Shown here: piece after piece, positions 1-10,375 of the stretch
Layout of the letters: every line of letters starts with the position of its first letter
Numbering within the stretch: position 1 is the first letter of the stretch
DNA from: Syntrophales bacterium
GTDB lineage: Bacteria > Desulfobacterota > Syntrophia > Syntrophales > UBA2210
Assembly: GCA_963662405.2 (NCBI GenBank)
Contig: CAXXKT010000001.1
Location: 1,920,001 to 1,984,000 of the forward strand
DNA: 64,000 nucleotides
Direction: 5' to 3'
Notes under the pieces: generated by a model
Seen by the model: the letters and a program-made list of their open reading frames with translations, nothing else
The model's database searches: none
What the model was told of the DNA's origin: nothing
Translations under genes and position numbers: made by a program

Positions 1-1378
1 GCTGATACTGCCCCACGCCGATTGCCTTGGGGTCGATCTTGACCAGTTCGGAGAGCGGGTCCATCAAACGCCTCCCGATCGAAACCGCGCCGCGGACCGT
101 CAGATCATGATCGGGAAATTCATCGCGTGCCACCGCGGAAGCGGAATAGACCGATGCTCCGCTCTCGCTGACCACGATCACGGGGATCTGACGGCCGAAA
201 TCGATCCCCCTGCAGAATGCCTCCGCCTCGCGCCCCCCCGTGCCGTTCCCGACGGCGACGGCCTCGATGGCGAATCTCTTTGTAAGCTCTTGGATGGTTT
301 CAGCCGATTTCTTTACACGGTTATGGGGTTGGAGGGGAAAGATCGTCTCGCTGTGGAGGAGTTTTCCCTGTGGATCCAGGCAGACGATCTTGCACCCGGT
401 CCGGAGTCCCGGATCAATGGCGAGGACACTCTTTTGACCGAGGGGCGGGGCGAGGAGGAGATTCCGGAGATTTTGTGTGAAGACCTTGATCGCCTCCGCA
501 TCCGCCCGATTTTTGCTCTCCAGGCGAATTTCCGTCTCCATGGAAGGCCCGAGGAGGCGCCGGTAGCTGTCCCTGACGGCGAGACGGACCTCATCGGCGG
601 CGGGATTGTCCCTCTTTACAAAATGCTGCTCAAGGACCACCGCGGTCCGCTCCTCGTCGGGAAGGACGCGAAAGGTGAGGACCCCCTCGGCAGTGCCGCG
701 GCGGATGGCCAGGATGCGGTGCGACGGCGCCGTGGCGACCGGCTCTTCCCACTCGAAGTAATCCTTGTATTTTGACCCCTCTTCTTCTTTTCCCTTGACC
801 ATCTTCGAACGGATGACGGCCTTTCTGGCGAAGAGTTCCCTGAGAGCGTCGCGGACCTTCGCGTCTTCATTGATCCACTCCGCGATGATGTCGCGGGCAC
901 CGGCGAGTGCGTCATCCACCGTCTCCACCCCCTTATCGGGATCGAGAAAGGCGATTGCCTCCGTCCGCGGGTCGATGTCTCCCTGATCGAAGATACGCGC
1001 GGCAAGGGACTCGAGACCGCGCTCCTGCGCGATCATTCCCCGGGTGCGGCGTTTTGGCCGGTAGGGGAGATAGAGATCCTCCAACATCGCCAGTGTCGGG
1101 GCGACGAGGACTTTCTCCTTCAGCTCATCGGTCAGTTTCCCGTGGTCTTTCAGGGACGTGAGGATTGCCTCTCTGCGCTTGCTGAGTGCGTTGAGCTGTT
1201 CGAGGCGATCACGGATGGATATGATATCGACTTCATCGAGTCCCCCCGTCGCTTCCTTGCGGTATCGGGCGATAAAGGGGACGGTCGCCCCTTCTTCAAG
1301 AAGGGCCGCGGCCGCCTGTACCTGCCGGTCCGTAAGATTCAGTTCCCGTGTGATCTGAGTGAGATGCGTGTCCGTCAT
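1..1378 (-). CDS. tex: Tex family RNA-binding transcriptional accessory protein (runs off the left edge)
   Basis: Manual minus-strand translation MTDTHLTQITRELNLTDRQVQAAAALLEEGATVPFIARYRKEATG...LEDLYLPYRPKRRTR matches the Tex N-terminus. Alternative in-frame ATG at 1396. Confidence 0.92.
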   Translation of the reverse strand, partial: MTDTHLTQITRELNLTDRQVQAAAALLEEGATVPFIARYRKEATGGLDEVDIISIRDRLEQLNALSKRREAILTSLKDHGKLTDELKEKVLVAPTLAMLEDLYLPYRPKRRTRGMIAQERGLESLAARIFDQGDIDPRTEAIAFLDPDKGVETVDDALAGARDIIAEWINEDAKVRDALRELFARKAVIRSKMVKGKEEEGSKYKDYFEWEEPVATAPSHRILAIRRGTAEGVLTFRVLPDEERTAVVLEQHFVKRDNPAADEVRLAVRDSYRRLLGPSMETEIRLESKNRADAEAIKVFTQNLRNLLLAPPLGQKSVLAIDPGLRTGCKIVCLDPQGKLLHSETIFPLQPHNRVKKSAETIQELTKRFAIEAVAVGNGTGGREAEAFCRGIDFGRQIPVIVVSESGASVYSASAVARDEFPDHDLTVRGAVSIGRRLMDPLSELVKIDPKAIGVGQYQ

Positions 1379-1443
1379 CTGTTGTGCTGTCTCCATGTGT
1401 GTTCGATTCCGTATGAGATTGAGTTGCTTCCGGGGCGTTATCC

Positions 1444-2094
1444 TTAGCTGAACGGCATGACATATCGATACATCATCCAGAAATGGGAGAAGGTCCCCAG
1501 CATGACAAAGACGTGGAAGATTTCGTGAAACCCGACGATACGGGGCCAGGGGTCGGGTCGTTTGATCGCGTAAATCACGGCACCTGTCGTATAGAACAGT
1601 CCGCCGATGAGGAGCCAGATCATTCCCCCCAGGTGGAGGGCCTGTATCAGCGGCCAGATGGCCACGATGGCTACCCATCCGGTGGCGATATAGATAAGGG
1701 TGTAGAGCCACCGGGGGGCTTGTGTCCAGAAGGCCGTCATGATGATGCCGCTCGTGGTCAAGCCCCATATAGCTCCGAACAGGCTCCATCCCCAGACGCC
1801 TTTCAAGGGGATCAGACAGACGGGGGTGTACGTGGCGGCAATCAGGACAAAGATCATCATGTGGTCGATCTTTCGCAGACACTGGCTGATCTTTTCCGAG
1901 ACGGGCAGCCAGTGGTAGAGGGTACTTGCCGTATAGAGCAGGATCATTCCCGCCCCGAAAACGGAGAAGGCGACAATATGGACGGGTCTGACGGGGTGCG
2001 TCGAACCCCAGATCAGGAACACCAAGCCGGTCACCGCAAGGACGAGTCCTATAAAATGGGTCAGCCCACTCACGGGATCCTTCAATTTTATCAT
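1444..2094 (-). CDS. Hemolysin III / PAQR family membrane protein
   Basis: Motifs SGLTH, STLYH, KIDHMMIFVLIAATYTP, GFHEIFHVFV; about 7 TM segments. Start reassigned to MIKLKDPV. Confidence 0.9.
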   Translation of the reverse strand: MIKLKDPVSGLTHFIGLVLAVTGLVFLIWGSTHPVRPVHIVAFSVFGAGMILLYTASTLYHWLPVSEKISQCLRKIDHMMIFVLIAATYTPVCLIPLKGVWGWSLFGAIWGLTTSGIIMTAFWTQAPRWLYTLIYIATGWVAIVAIWPLIQALHLGGMIWLLIGGLFYTTGAVIYAIKRPDPWPRIVGFHEIFHVFVMLGTFSHFWMMYRYVMPFS

Positions 2095-2590
2095 GGTAGT
2101 ATCCCTTTCATTTGTGTACGGTGGCTGGTGTTGTGCTGCCGTCGCTGGCATACCCCGGCCCGTCGCGGGTTTACCCCCTGTTAAAGCGTAAACCATGGCG
2201 GAAGATAGCACAAAGGAGGCCTTTATTGCTACCATTTCCAACCGATTCTTTATCGACTATATGGCCGAATTCCGCGCCGTCGGCGTGTTTCCGTGTCGAT
2301 GCGCGCAGCGATCACCATCCGGATACGGAAGACTTCGTGATTCTAAAGAATTGCCATTGACCGTCTGACGGTCTTTGACTTTTTGTCAATTTTGAGTATA
2401 ACTTCACGAGAAGAACGGTTCACCTCTTTCTCTATTGGCATTACAAATCGTTTCAATTGCCGATTCGGACAGCGGATTCTTGGGATCGCGCATGGGGAGA
2501 CGGTCGGATTTTCCGGTTTCCCCTATGCGAAGCGATTATGCCTCTATCATCGCATCCGCGGCAGTGGTCGTCGCAGACAAGGAGGAGGGA

Positions 2591-4651
2591 GTGCCCGATA
2601 CCAAGGGAATCACACGCAGGACATTTGTCACCGGTGCTATCGGTTCTCTGGCTGCGCTTCACCTGGGGACAAGACATCTTTTTGCCGCGCAGCCGGAGAA
2701 AGCCGATCTGGTCTTTTATGGTTCCCCGGTCCTGACCGTGGATGGGAAAGACAGTGTCAGGGGGGCCTTTGCCGTAAAGGGGAATCGGATTATGGAGACG
2801 GCAAGGAATTATGCCGGGATCAGACACCGTATCGGCGAAGGAACACGGGTCGTCGAGTATTCGTCGGGAAGTGTTACCCCCGGCATGATCGATGTCCATA
2901 ATCATATCGTAGCGCAGGCCACGACAACGGTCAATTGGATTGACCTCATTCGATGCGCCAGCACCCGGCATGTCAGGGAGACCATCGCGCGATGGATTGC
3001 CGACAACGATTGGCCTCCCGGTCGGTGGGTCCGGGCGGTCGGTTACATGTGGATATGGGACAAGATCGCCATGGCAGCAAAGGAGGGGAACCGGGGGCCA
3101 CCCCTGATGAATAAGTGGGATATCGATGCCGTGGTGACGATTGGCGAAAAGAGGGTGGATCTCAGCCGGTACCCCATCTATATCATTCAGTTGAGTGGTC
3201 ATTATGCGACGCTGAATGGCCTTGCACTGCAGAAAGCCTATATCAGCGATGAATATGGCGCATTTTACAGCGGTCGCTACCGGGAATGCCTGACGGTTTC
3301 CGGGAGGAGCGTTGGGGAGGCGTTTTCACCGCAAGGACACGCCTTCGGATCTTTCTTCAACATGTCGCGGAACCGGGGGAGAACCGAAGTGGACGGTACC
3401 GTTTTTCACCACTACGCCATGGAGGAGTTTCTCACCCGCGCGATCCGTTACGGAGGGTTTCCGAAACTCGACGAACGTGAGATGACGGAGGCGTTGAAGA
3501 TGCGGTCCCGTCAGTTTGTCCGGCAGGGAATCACTTCAATCTATGACAATAACCTTCGTGCGATCAGCCTGCTGCCGGCGGTAAAGGATTTTCCCCGAAA
3601 GAGTGATGTGGAAGAACGTCTCCGCATCAGCCTTTACCCCTATGTGTGTCATGCCACCAAGGGTGCCTTTCCCGCCTTTGACAGCGGCAGGAGGAGAGGA
3701 GTCACCTCACACGCGTCTCTCTTTGACGGTGAGTGGATGCGCCTGATCGGGTATAAGCTGCAGATCGATGCGTCCACCATGACGGGATTGACCTGGGAGC
3801 CCAGCAACAGCATCGGCGATGCGACAAAGGGAAAACTGAACCTGTGGAAATATGACGAGTTCCTTGATGTGGTGCAGGCGCTGGATGATATGAAAGCCCA
3901 GCTATCGATCCATGTCGTAGGGGATAAGGCGCTGGACTGGACCCTCGATGCCTATGAAGCGGCGAAGGTGGGAGGAAAAAACCGCCGCCATCGGGTTGAA
4001 CATGTCCCCTGCGTCCCGGAAATGAGCAGAAACGGTGTGAAGAACAGGACACAGCCTCTGTACGAACGGGCGCGGGATCTCAATATGGTCTTTTGCCCGC
4101 AGCCGGCCTTTATCCTCTATTATGCACACTTTTTCGAGCAGGCCTTCGGATCGGGTGTGGGGAAATTTCGGCAGGAGAAACTCTTTCCGCGCATGGCTCA
4201 TTCAATTCCCTATCGAAGCGCCGTCGAGGCGGGAATCAAAGTCGCCTTAAGCTCAGACAATCCCTGCGTCATCGATACGAGGCCGACGGTTGCGCTGTGG
4301 GAGTCCGTTCACCGCAGAACACGCCGCCTTGCCAAGGAGGGGCAGGTTTTCCTCGAGAGTTTTGTCTATAATCACCAGGAGGCCGACGGCGAAGTCTGTG
4401 ATGAACGGGTCGATTTCCGGCAGGCACTGCGGGGGCATACCATCGACGCTGCCTATGCTGGTTTTGAAGATCACGTAAAAGGATCGATAGAGAAGGGAAA
4501 ACTGGCGGATATCGTCGTCTGGGACAGGGATATCCGCATGATCGGGGACAGAATGCCGATCAATCAGGGCACAGAAGTCGCCCCGGTTCTTGTCATTGTC
4601 GATGGAAAGATCGCCTATCGTGATCCATCAATACGGATCGGAGTTGCCTAG
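2591..4651 (+). CDS. YtcJ-like metal-dependent amidohydrolase with Tat signal
   Basis: GGAGGAGG RBS then GTG; twin-arginine TRRTFV; PGMIDVHNH, HVVGD, RVEH, SSD, KGSIEKGKLADIVV. Confidence 0.85.
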   Translation: MPDTKGITRRTFVTGAIGSLAALHLGTRHLFAAQPEKADLVFYGSPVLTVDGKDSVRGAFAVKGNRIMETARNYAGIRHRIGEGTRVVEYSSGSVTPGMIDVHNHIVAQATTTVNWIDLIRCASTRHVRETIARWIADNDWPPGRWVRAVGYMWIWDKIAMAAKEGNRGPPLMNKWDIDAVVTIGEKRVDLSRYPIYIIQLSGHYATLNGLALQKAYISDEYGAFYSGRYRECLTVSGRSVGEAFSPQGHAFGSFFNMSRNRGRTEVDGTVFHHYAMEEFLTRAIRYGGFPKLDEREMTEALKMRSRQFVRQGITSIYDNNLRAISLLPAVKDFPRKSDVEERLRISLYPYVCHATKGAFPAFDSGRRRGVTSHASLFDGEWMRLIGYKLQIDASTMTGLTWEPSNSIGDATKGKLNLWKYDEFLDVVQALDDMKAQLSIHVVGDKALDWTLDAYEAAKVGGKNRRHRVEHVPCVPEMSRNGVKNRTQPLYERARDLNMVFCPQPAFILYYAHFFEQAFGSGVGKFRQEKLFPRMAHSIPYRSAVEAGIKVALSSDNPCVIDTRPTVALWESVHRRTRRLAKEGQVFLESFVYNHQEADGEVCDERVDFRQALRGHTIDAAYAGFEDHVKGSIEKGKLADIVVWDRDIRMIGDRMPINQGTEVAPVLVIVDGKIAYRDPSIRIGVA

Positions 4652-4665
4652 AGGAAAGGAAGATC

Positions 4666-5277
4666 GTGATGAAAAAGGGGATTTTCCGATTGGTTATGTT
4701 TGGTTTCGCACTGGTATTCGTGGTGTTGAATCTGTTGATTACGACGGCGTACGCCCAGGATGCCCGGAAGGGCGGGGCCCTCTTCCTTCGGATCGTACGC
4801 GCATGGGACACAAACGGGGATGGAAGACTGGGGCCTTCGGAATGGGAAGGGAGACGTCCCTTCGGTGAGGTTGATACAAACGGCGATGGTGTTATCACCG
4901 AGGATGATTTTACAGTTACGGAGGCAGATGCTTCACCGGTAAACCGGTTTGAACGACTTGTATCGGCATGGGACAGGGATAAAGACGGGAAAATTTCGCC
5001 TGAGGAGTGGAAAAGTAAGAGAGATTTCAACGGATTCGATAAGGACGAAGACGGATTCATTACGCGGAAAGATTTTTCTCGGGGAGCGGCCGAAGCCGGC
5101 ACGATAAACCCTCAATTACAGCAGGGACATTCCCTGGTTGATGCCCTCGACCTGAACAAGGACGGTCGCATCAGTCGTGCTGAGTGGGACAAGGAAAAGG
5201 GGAACTTTGACGATTTCGATATCAATATCGATGGGTATGTAACAAGGGAAGAATTGAACGAAGAGGATGATCTGTAG
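4666..5277 (+). CDS. Secreted EF-hand repeat protein
   Basis: Signal-like N-terminus and six DxDxDG loops (DTNGDG x2, DRDKDG, DKDEDG, DLNKDG, DINIDG). Confidence 0.85.
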   Translation: MMKKGIFRLVMFGFALVFVVLNLLITTAYAQDARKGGALFLRIVRAWDTNGDGRLGPSEWEGRRPFGEVDTNGDGVITEDDFTVTEADASPVNRFERLVSAWDRDKDGKISPEEWKSKRDFNGFDKDEDGFITRKDFSRGAAEAGTINPQLQQGHSLVDALDLNKDGRISRAEWDKEKGNFDDFDINIDGYVTREELNEEDDL

Positions 5278-5282
5278 ACCAT

Positions 5283-6353
5283 ATGTACACATCATACTAC
5301 GGGTTCAGAGAAAAACCCTTTCAAATAATACATGATCCTTCCCGTTTATTCATGAGTAAGGGTCATGCGGATACGTATGCGCATCTCGAGTATGCCCTGG
5401 TGGCGGATAAGGGCTTTGTCGTCGTTACGGGTGAGCCCGGTTCAGGAAAGACTGCTTTGATCAATTTACTCATCAAAGAACAAGGGACAGCCTTCAAGAT
5501 CGGGGTCTTGAACCCGAATGACTCACATCCGGAACAGCTTATGACGAGTATCTGCCGCATATTCGGGGTGAGTTCAAACAGTCATGATGTCACAGAGGTG
5601 ATACGGGTGTTTCGCGGCCTCTTCGGCGGTTACCGAAAGGCGGGTCAACGGGCGGTTCTCATCGTGGATGAGGCACAGGACCTAACGGACGAAGATCTTG
5701 AGCAGATGCGGATACTTGCAAATCTGGAGACGCATAAGAACTACCTGATTCAGATTATCCTGGTCGGTCGTTCTGGTCTCAAGAAAAAACTTTTCGGAAA
5801 CAAGACAAGAGATTTTATCCAGAGGGCCACGGTCATTTGTCACCTGGCCGGTCTGCAACGAAATGAGGTGGGCTCATATCTCCGTCACCGTCTCCAATAT
5901 GCGGGGGGATCGCACAACCTCGGCCTCTTCGATCAAGAAGCGACAGAATCAATATATGAACATTCTCGAGGAGTCCCAAAGCTTGTCAATATTATCTCCG
6001 ATGCTGCCCTGATCTATGGCTATGCCGATGAACTCAAGACGATTGGGAAGGATGTCGTTGAGGAAGTGGTAAAGGACGCCACTATGGACGACGGCATATA
6101 CCCCCGCCCTCTTTCTGTGACCGGTAAGACAAAGATGGTTGACCGGAGAATGGATAAGGATATCCGGTGGGATATCGAAAAACAGGTGCGTGTCCTCGAA
6201 AACAGAATCCGGCGTATCAATCAGGCCTTACGCAGCCGAAACTCGGCCAGGAGCGATAAAAATGAAGCCGTATCCGAGCTGACATGCATTTTCAAAAAAG
6301 TGGAAAACCAATTAACCTCCCTGCTGGGAGAGATAAAGATCTTTCTTTCGTAG
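5283..6353 (+). CDS. ExeA/GspA-like AAA ATPase (PEP-CTERM/secretion associated)
   Basis: MYTSYYGFREKPF start, Walker A GEPGSGKT, Walker B LIVDEAQ, SRGVPKLVN. Confidence 0.88.
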   Translation: MYTSYYGFREKPFQIIHDPSRLFMSKGHADTYAHLEYALVADKGFVVVTGEPGSGKTALINLLIKEQGTAFKIGVLNPNDSHPEQLMTSICRIFGVSSNSHDVTEVIRVFRGLFGGYRKAGQRAVLIVDEAQDLTDEDLEQMRILANLETHKNYLIQIILVGRSGLKKKLFGNKTRDFIQRATVICHLAGLQRNEVGSYLRHRLQYAGGSHNLGLFDQEATESIYEHSRGVPKLVNIISDAALIYGYADELKTIGKDVVEEVVKDATMDDGIYPRPLSVTGKTKMVDRRMDKDIRWDIEKQVRVLENRIRRINQALRSRNSARSDKNEAVSELTCIFKKVENQLTSLLGEIKIFLS

Positions 6354-6986
6354 TTGTTCCTCCGTCTTATTCTTTTCTACACCCGCTTTGAAATCGTTTG
6401 TACACTTGGGGATCCGCCTTGAATAGTCCCGAAGGGGTTTGTGTGTGATCTCAGATCACCCACGATTTCAAATCCCCCCATTTTCCCCCATGGCCTATCA
6501 CGGATCGGAAGGAAACGTCTGCGCCCATCCCCCGATTATCGGGCCCTTTTTCGTTCGTTTCTGAACCGGTGTCCCATGGTTTATCGAACGTTCTCCGTAT
6601 CAGGGGCAGCCGTTGTCACGAAGAACGGTTCGGATGCCGGATCGACCCTGACGTGACGGCATGCCCTTAATCCGCCCGCTTGAGGTGAAGACACTTCGCA
6701 GTTTATCGAGCAATGTCTATTTTCAGGTCCTGAGCTGAAACGCATTCACGTTTGTATTGTCCCGTCGGTGACATCTCTTCCGCCATCAGAATGGATATTC
6801 CATGCCCCCTCATTTCTTTTGGCGCATTTCAATCGAGAAAGTAAACTAACATACTGGAAATACTTGTAAATACTACTTTAGTAGTATTTACAATCGGCTC
6901 TGGTTCTGGGAAAACAGCAGACAAGAAAACAGACAGATAAAGAATCGATAGAGAATTGAAAGTATGGAGAGAGGGGGAATGGGGAA

Positions 6987-7607
6987 ATGAAGAAATTATT
7001 ATTTGTCATTGTATCCGTATCTGTCCTGTTTATGGCGGGGGTTGCCGGCGCCACGCTGTATACTTTCGAACCCACCCCGACTGATATGTATGATTTAGAC
7101 CATTATTACTGGTACACATGGGGTATCGGTCAGGTCATACCGGAGGGGGAAACCATACAGAGCGCAACGCTGTCCTTCAACAATATCAGGAATTACAACT
7201 CCGAACCGAATGATTTGTGGGTCCATCTTCTCGACTCGGTCACGGTCGGCGTTACCCAGGGAGAAGATTCTATCAATCCTGATCAATGGCGGGCGGATCA
7301 CTTCGCCGGCCAGGGGATTCTCCTGTTTGATTGGGAACTTCCCGAGTATCCACAAGATCTCACATATGTATTCAATACATCTCAACTTGCCGCTCTGAAT
7401 AGTTATATTGGGGATGGGAATTTCGGTTTTGGATGTGATCCCGACTGTCACTACTCCAATGACGGTGTCTCACTGACCATCCAGACCTCCGGAGCGCCGG
7501 TTCCTGAGCCGACCACGATGCTGCTCCTCGGATGCGGCCTGACGGGGTTGGGGTTTGTGAGGAAAAGGAAGCAGAACATCTCAAAAGCAACGAGAACGGA
7601 AGGTTGA
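6987..7607 (+). CDS. PEP-CTERM sorting domain protein
   Basis: Signal peptide; C-terminal VPEPTTMLLLGCGLTGLGFVRKRK. Confidence 0.93.
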   Translation: MKKLLFVIVSVSVLFMAGVAGATLYTFEPTPTDMYDLDHYYWYTWGIGQVIPEGETIQSATLSFNNIRNYNSEPNDLWVHLLDSVTVGVTQGEDSINPDQWRADHFAGQGILLFDWELPEYPQDLTYVFNTSQLAALNSYIGDGNFGFGCDPDCHYSNDGVSLTIQTSGAPVPEPTTMLLLGCGLTGLGFVRKRKQNISKATRTEG

Positions 7608-7866
7608 ACCCACCGCTCACACCTCGAAACGCTCTGTGAGGTATCGAAGGATATGCCCGGGAACTCGTTTCAGGGTTGTGCTCGAGGGTCGGCCGCCAGT
7701 GAGAAGAGAGTCCATTCAACACAGCGATAAAAAGAAGGATTGATCAAAAGGCCCCGGAGGGGCAAGATCATGTTGCTTCCGAGGCTCTTGCCGGGGGTGG
7801 TTACCGGTAGGCGACCACCCCAAATCCTACCGTTGCTTCCAAATCTCTCGACGGCCGGTTTTACTC

Positions 7867-8232
7867 TTAAATTCCCTTTGCCTGTTTCTTTTCCTTCTTT
7901 TTCTCGAGTTTCTTCTCGAGCTTTTGCTGGCGTTTACTCACCTCGGCAGGTTCCTCATCACCCTTCGCCTTCTTGGTTTTTTCCTCTTTGGGAATGGCCA
8001 TCTTCTCGGTCTTGAGTTTTGCTTTTTCCTCTATTCTTCGTTGTTTTTCATCAATAACGGTGAGCCTGGCCCCGATCTCTCGTATCTTGGCACGTATCTT
8101 TTTGACGGAAGCGTCCTTTGCTATTGTTCCCTTATCAAGACCACGTTCTTTGAGAACCTCCAACCTGCTACTCAACACACCGTCCCAGTAAGACTTTTGG
8201 GTATCCCGTGCGATTTTATCCTTTGAAGCCAT
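7867..8232 (-). CDS. Lys/Glu-rich hypothetical protein
   Basis: GGAGG RBS; 121-aa basic coiled-coil-like ORF. Confidence 0.7.
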   Translation of the reverse strand: MASKDKIARDTQKSYWDGVLSSRLEVLKERGLDKGTIAKDASVKKIRAKIREIGARLTVIDEKQRRIEEKAKLKTEKMAIPKEEKTKKAKGDEEPAEVSKRQQKLEKKLEKKKEKKQAKGI

Positions 8233-8466
8233 ATAATTCCTCCCGGTTTTTATTTCTTGCTTGTTGTATCGGCAAACATCGCGCTAAGCTGCCACAAGTG
8301 ACCGGTCAAAGTCAACAGAAGAAAACGGATGATGCGATATCACGGTGAATATTTTTCGGTATGCACTCATATCCATCGTGATTATTACGGGATCAACAGG
8401 ACCGTTTCCGTTTGCAGGGCATGTTCCTTTTCGTTACAATCTTCACTGTTGGATTGCATCCCGGAG

Positions 8467-8646
8467 ATGAGAGTTATGATCAATTGTCAGCAGTGCGAAC
8501 ACTATTACATCACCTGGGACAAGTATTTCCCTCACGGGTGCAGGGCCCTGTGTTTTAAGTCGGCCCAAGTTCCTTCCATTACTGTGTTGGCCAGCTCCAA
8601 CCAGGAGTGCACATTTTACAAAAAGAAAATCCCGAAAAGAAAATAA
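8467..8646 (+). CDS. Small Cys-rich protein (CxxCxxYYITWD family)
   Basis: INCQQCEHYYITWDKYFPHGC...FKS...P...C pattern; RBS GGAG. Confidence 0.65.
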   Translation: MRVMINCQQCEHYYITWDKYFPHGCRALCFKSAQVPSITVLASSNQECTFYKKKIPKRK

Positions 8647-8703
8647 CTTGAATCATGGCGCCTGATCGGTGTTTGTTGATTGCTCTGGCTATGCCGTCAT
8701 GCA

Positions 8704-10014
8704 TTATCCATGAACCGCTTGCAGATTATATGAATGTTGACGAGGGGTCCGTTTGTGAGCCCGGGGAGAAAAGGACCGTTTGTTGCCGTTGCGCGGTTTC
8801 ATGCTCCTTCCGCGTCGATTTTGGCCGGGAGAAGCGGGGGGGTTGTCCGCCGGCGGGGCAATCGTTAATCCTTCGACGCTCTGATATGTCACCCGGACCC
8901 CCAGGGTCCTTTTGAGTGACTGCACCAAGTCGATGTCCTGACCGGTCACGAAGGTAAAGGCTTCGCCGGCTCTGGAGGCGCGACCCGTCCGACCGATACG
9001 ATGAGTATAGGCATCTTCCGTTGCCGGCATATCGTAATTAATGACGTGTGAGATGCGCGTCACATCGATACCGCGGGCGGCGATATCGGTGGCGACCATG
9101 ATCTCATAGCGGCCGTCCCTGAAACCGTCGAGGGCCTTCCGGCGCTTTTGCTGAGTCAGGTTTCCATGGAGGGAAATAACACTATACCCTGATTTATCCA
9201 GCTGTCCCGCAACGCTTTTTGCCCTTGATTTTGTCCGCGTAAAAACCAGGACGGATTCCCGGTTCGTGTGATCGAGAAGATCTTTAAGCAGTGCCGTCTT
9301 GGTGTCCATCTGCACCGGATAGAATCGATGCGAAACGGTTTCGACGGGTGCCGTGCGGCCGATTTGAATCTGTACCGGATCCTGGAGGAGATCATTGGCG
9401 AGGCTCTGTACGTCCGCCGGCATGGTAGCGGAAAACAAAAGCGTCTGGCGCTTTTTCGGAAGGCGCTTCACGATTTTTCTGATATCCGGCAGAAACCCCA
9501 TGTCGAACATGTGATCCGCCTCATCCAGGACCAGGACCTCAATGCGAGACAGATCGATCGTGCCTCGATTGACATGGTCCAGGAGCCGGCCGGGACATGC
9601 GGAGATGATATCCACATGGTCGTTCAGTTTCTTGATCTGTGCACTGATGCTTACTCCGCCGTAGATGGATGCGCTGCGCAGTTGCGTCTTGCGGCCCAGC
9701 TGCCCGATGACTTCATGGGTCTGCTCGCTGAGCTCCCGCGTCGGAGCGATAATCAGTGCACGGACGCAGTCGCGCGGCTTTTGCATGAGTCGCTGCAGAA
9801 TCGGCAGAACAAAGGCTGCGGTTTTCCCGGTACCGGTCTGGGCAAGGCCCATGACATCGCGGCCTTCCATGACAGGCGGGATTGCTTTGAGTTGAATGGG
9901 TGTCGGCGTCGTGTAACCCAGGGATTGTATGCCAGCATGTATCTTCGGGTGTAACGGGAACTTCTCAAAACTCATTTTTTCTTTTTCCTTCTTCTCGGTA
10001 TGTATTAGTGACAT
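8704..10014 (-). CDS. rhlE: DEAD-box RNA helicase (RhlE-like)
   Basis: Q motif, AQTGTGKT, PTRELS, DEAD, SAT, ARGID, HRIGRTGR. Confidence 0.92.
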   Translation of the reverse strand: MSLIHTEKKEKEKMSFEKFPLHPKIHAGIQSLGYTTPTPIQLKAIPPVMEGRDVMGLAQTGTGKTAAFVLPILQRLMQKPRDCVRALIIAPTRELSEQTHEVIGQLGRKTQLRSASIYGGVSISAQIKKLNDHVDIISACPGRLLDHVNRGTIDLSRIEVLVLDEADHMFDMGFLPDIRKIVKRLPKKRQTLLFSATMPADVQSLANDLLQDPVQIQIGRTAPVETVSHRFYPVQMDTKTALLKDLLDHTNRESVLVFTRTKSRAKSVAGQLDKSGYSVISLHGNLTQQKRRKALDGFRDGRYEIMVATDIAARGIDVTRISHVINYDMPATEDAYTHRIGRTGRASRAGEAFTFVTGQDIDLVQSLKRTLGVRVTYQSVEGLTIAPPADNPPASPGQNRRGRSMKPRNGNKRSFSPRAHKRTPRQHSYNLQAVHG

Positions 10015-10375
10015 ATGAATCCCTCTCTAATCGTCGCGGCTGCTTGCGATGTGTACTTCACACCCCCGTGCCGGACCGCAAAGATCAGTCACAGGCACGT
10101 GCCCAAGCTGGATTCTGGTACGATGAGCTGGATTTTCCTGCCGAAGTTTCTCAAGAGAGAAGAAAGATGGGAAGGCAAATAACTATCGTGATCACCACGC
10201 GTCTTTTACAGACATATTCTTGAAATAGCAAGCACTATCTTTGCGCGGCAAAAGAGACATGGTTTCGCATATCATTTTTCTTACTGTCGTGTTCAATAAA
10301 AAAGAAACCGTTTTCCGCAGGAAGTAAGACTTGTACGATAGATATCCGTCCTCAAAAGCGCCGGGCTCTTTTTTG

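Noticed and set aside
107..775. 222-aa plus-strand ORF and other overlapping ORFs in 1-1447
   Set aside because: Antisense shadows of tex, which the ORF track missed because it runs off the window edge.
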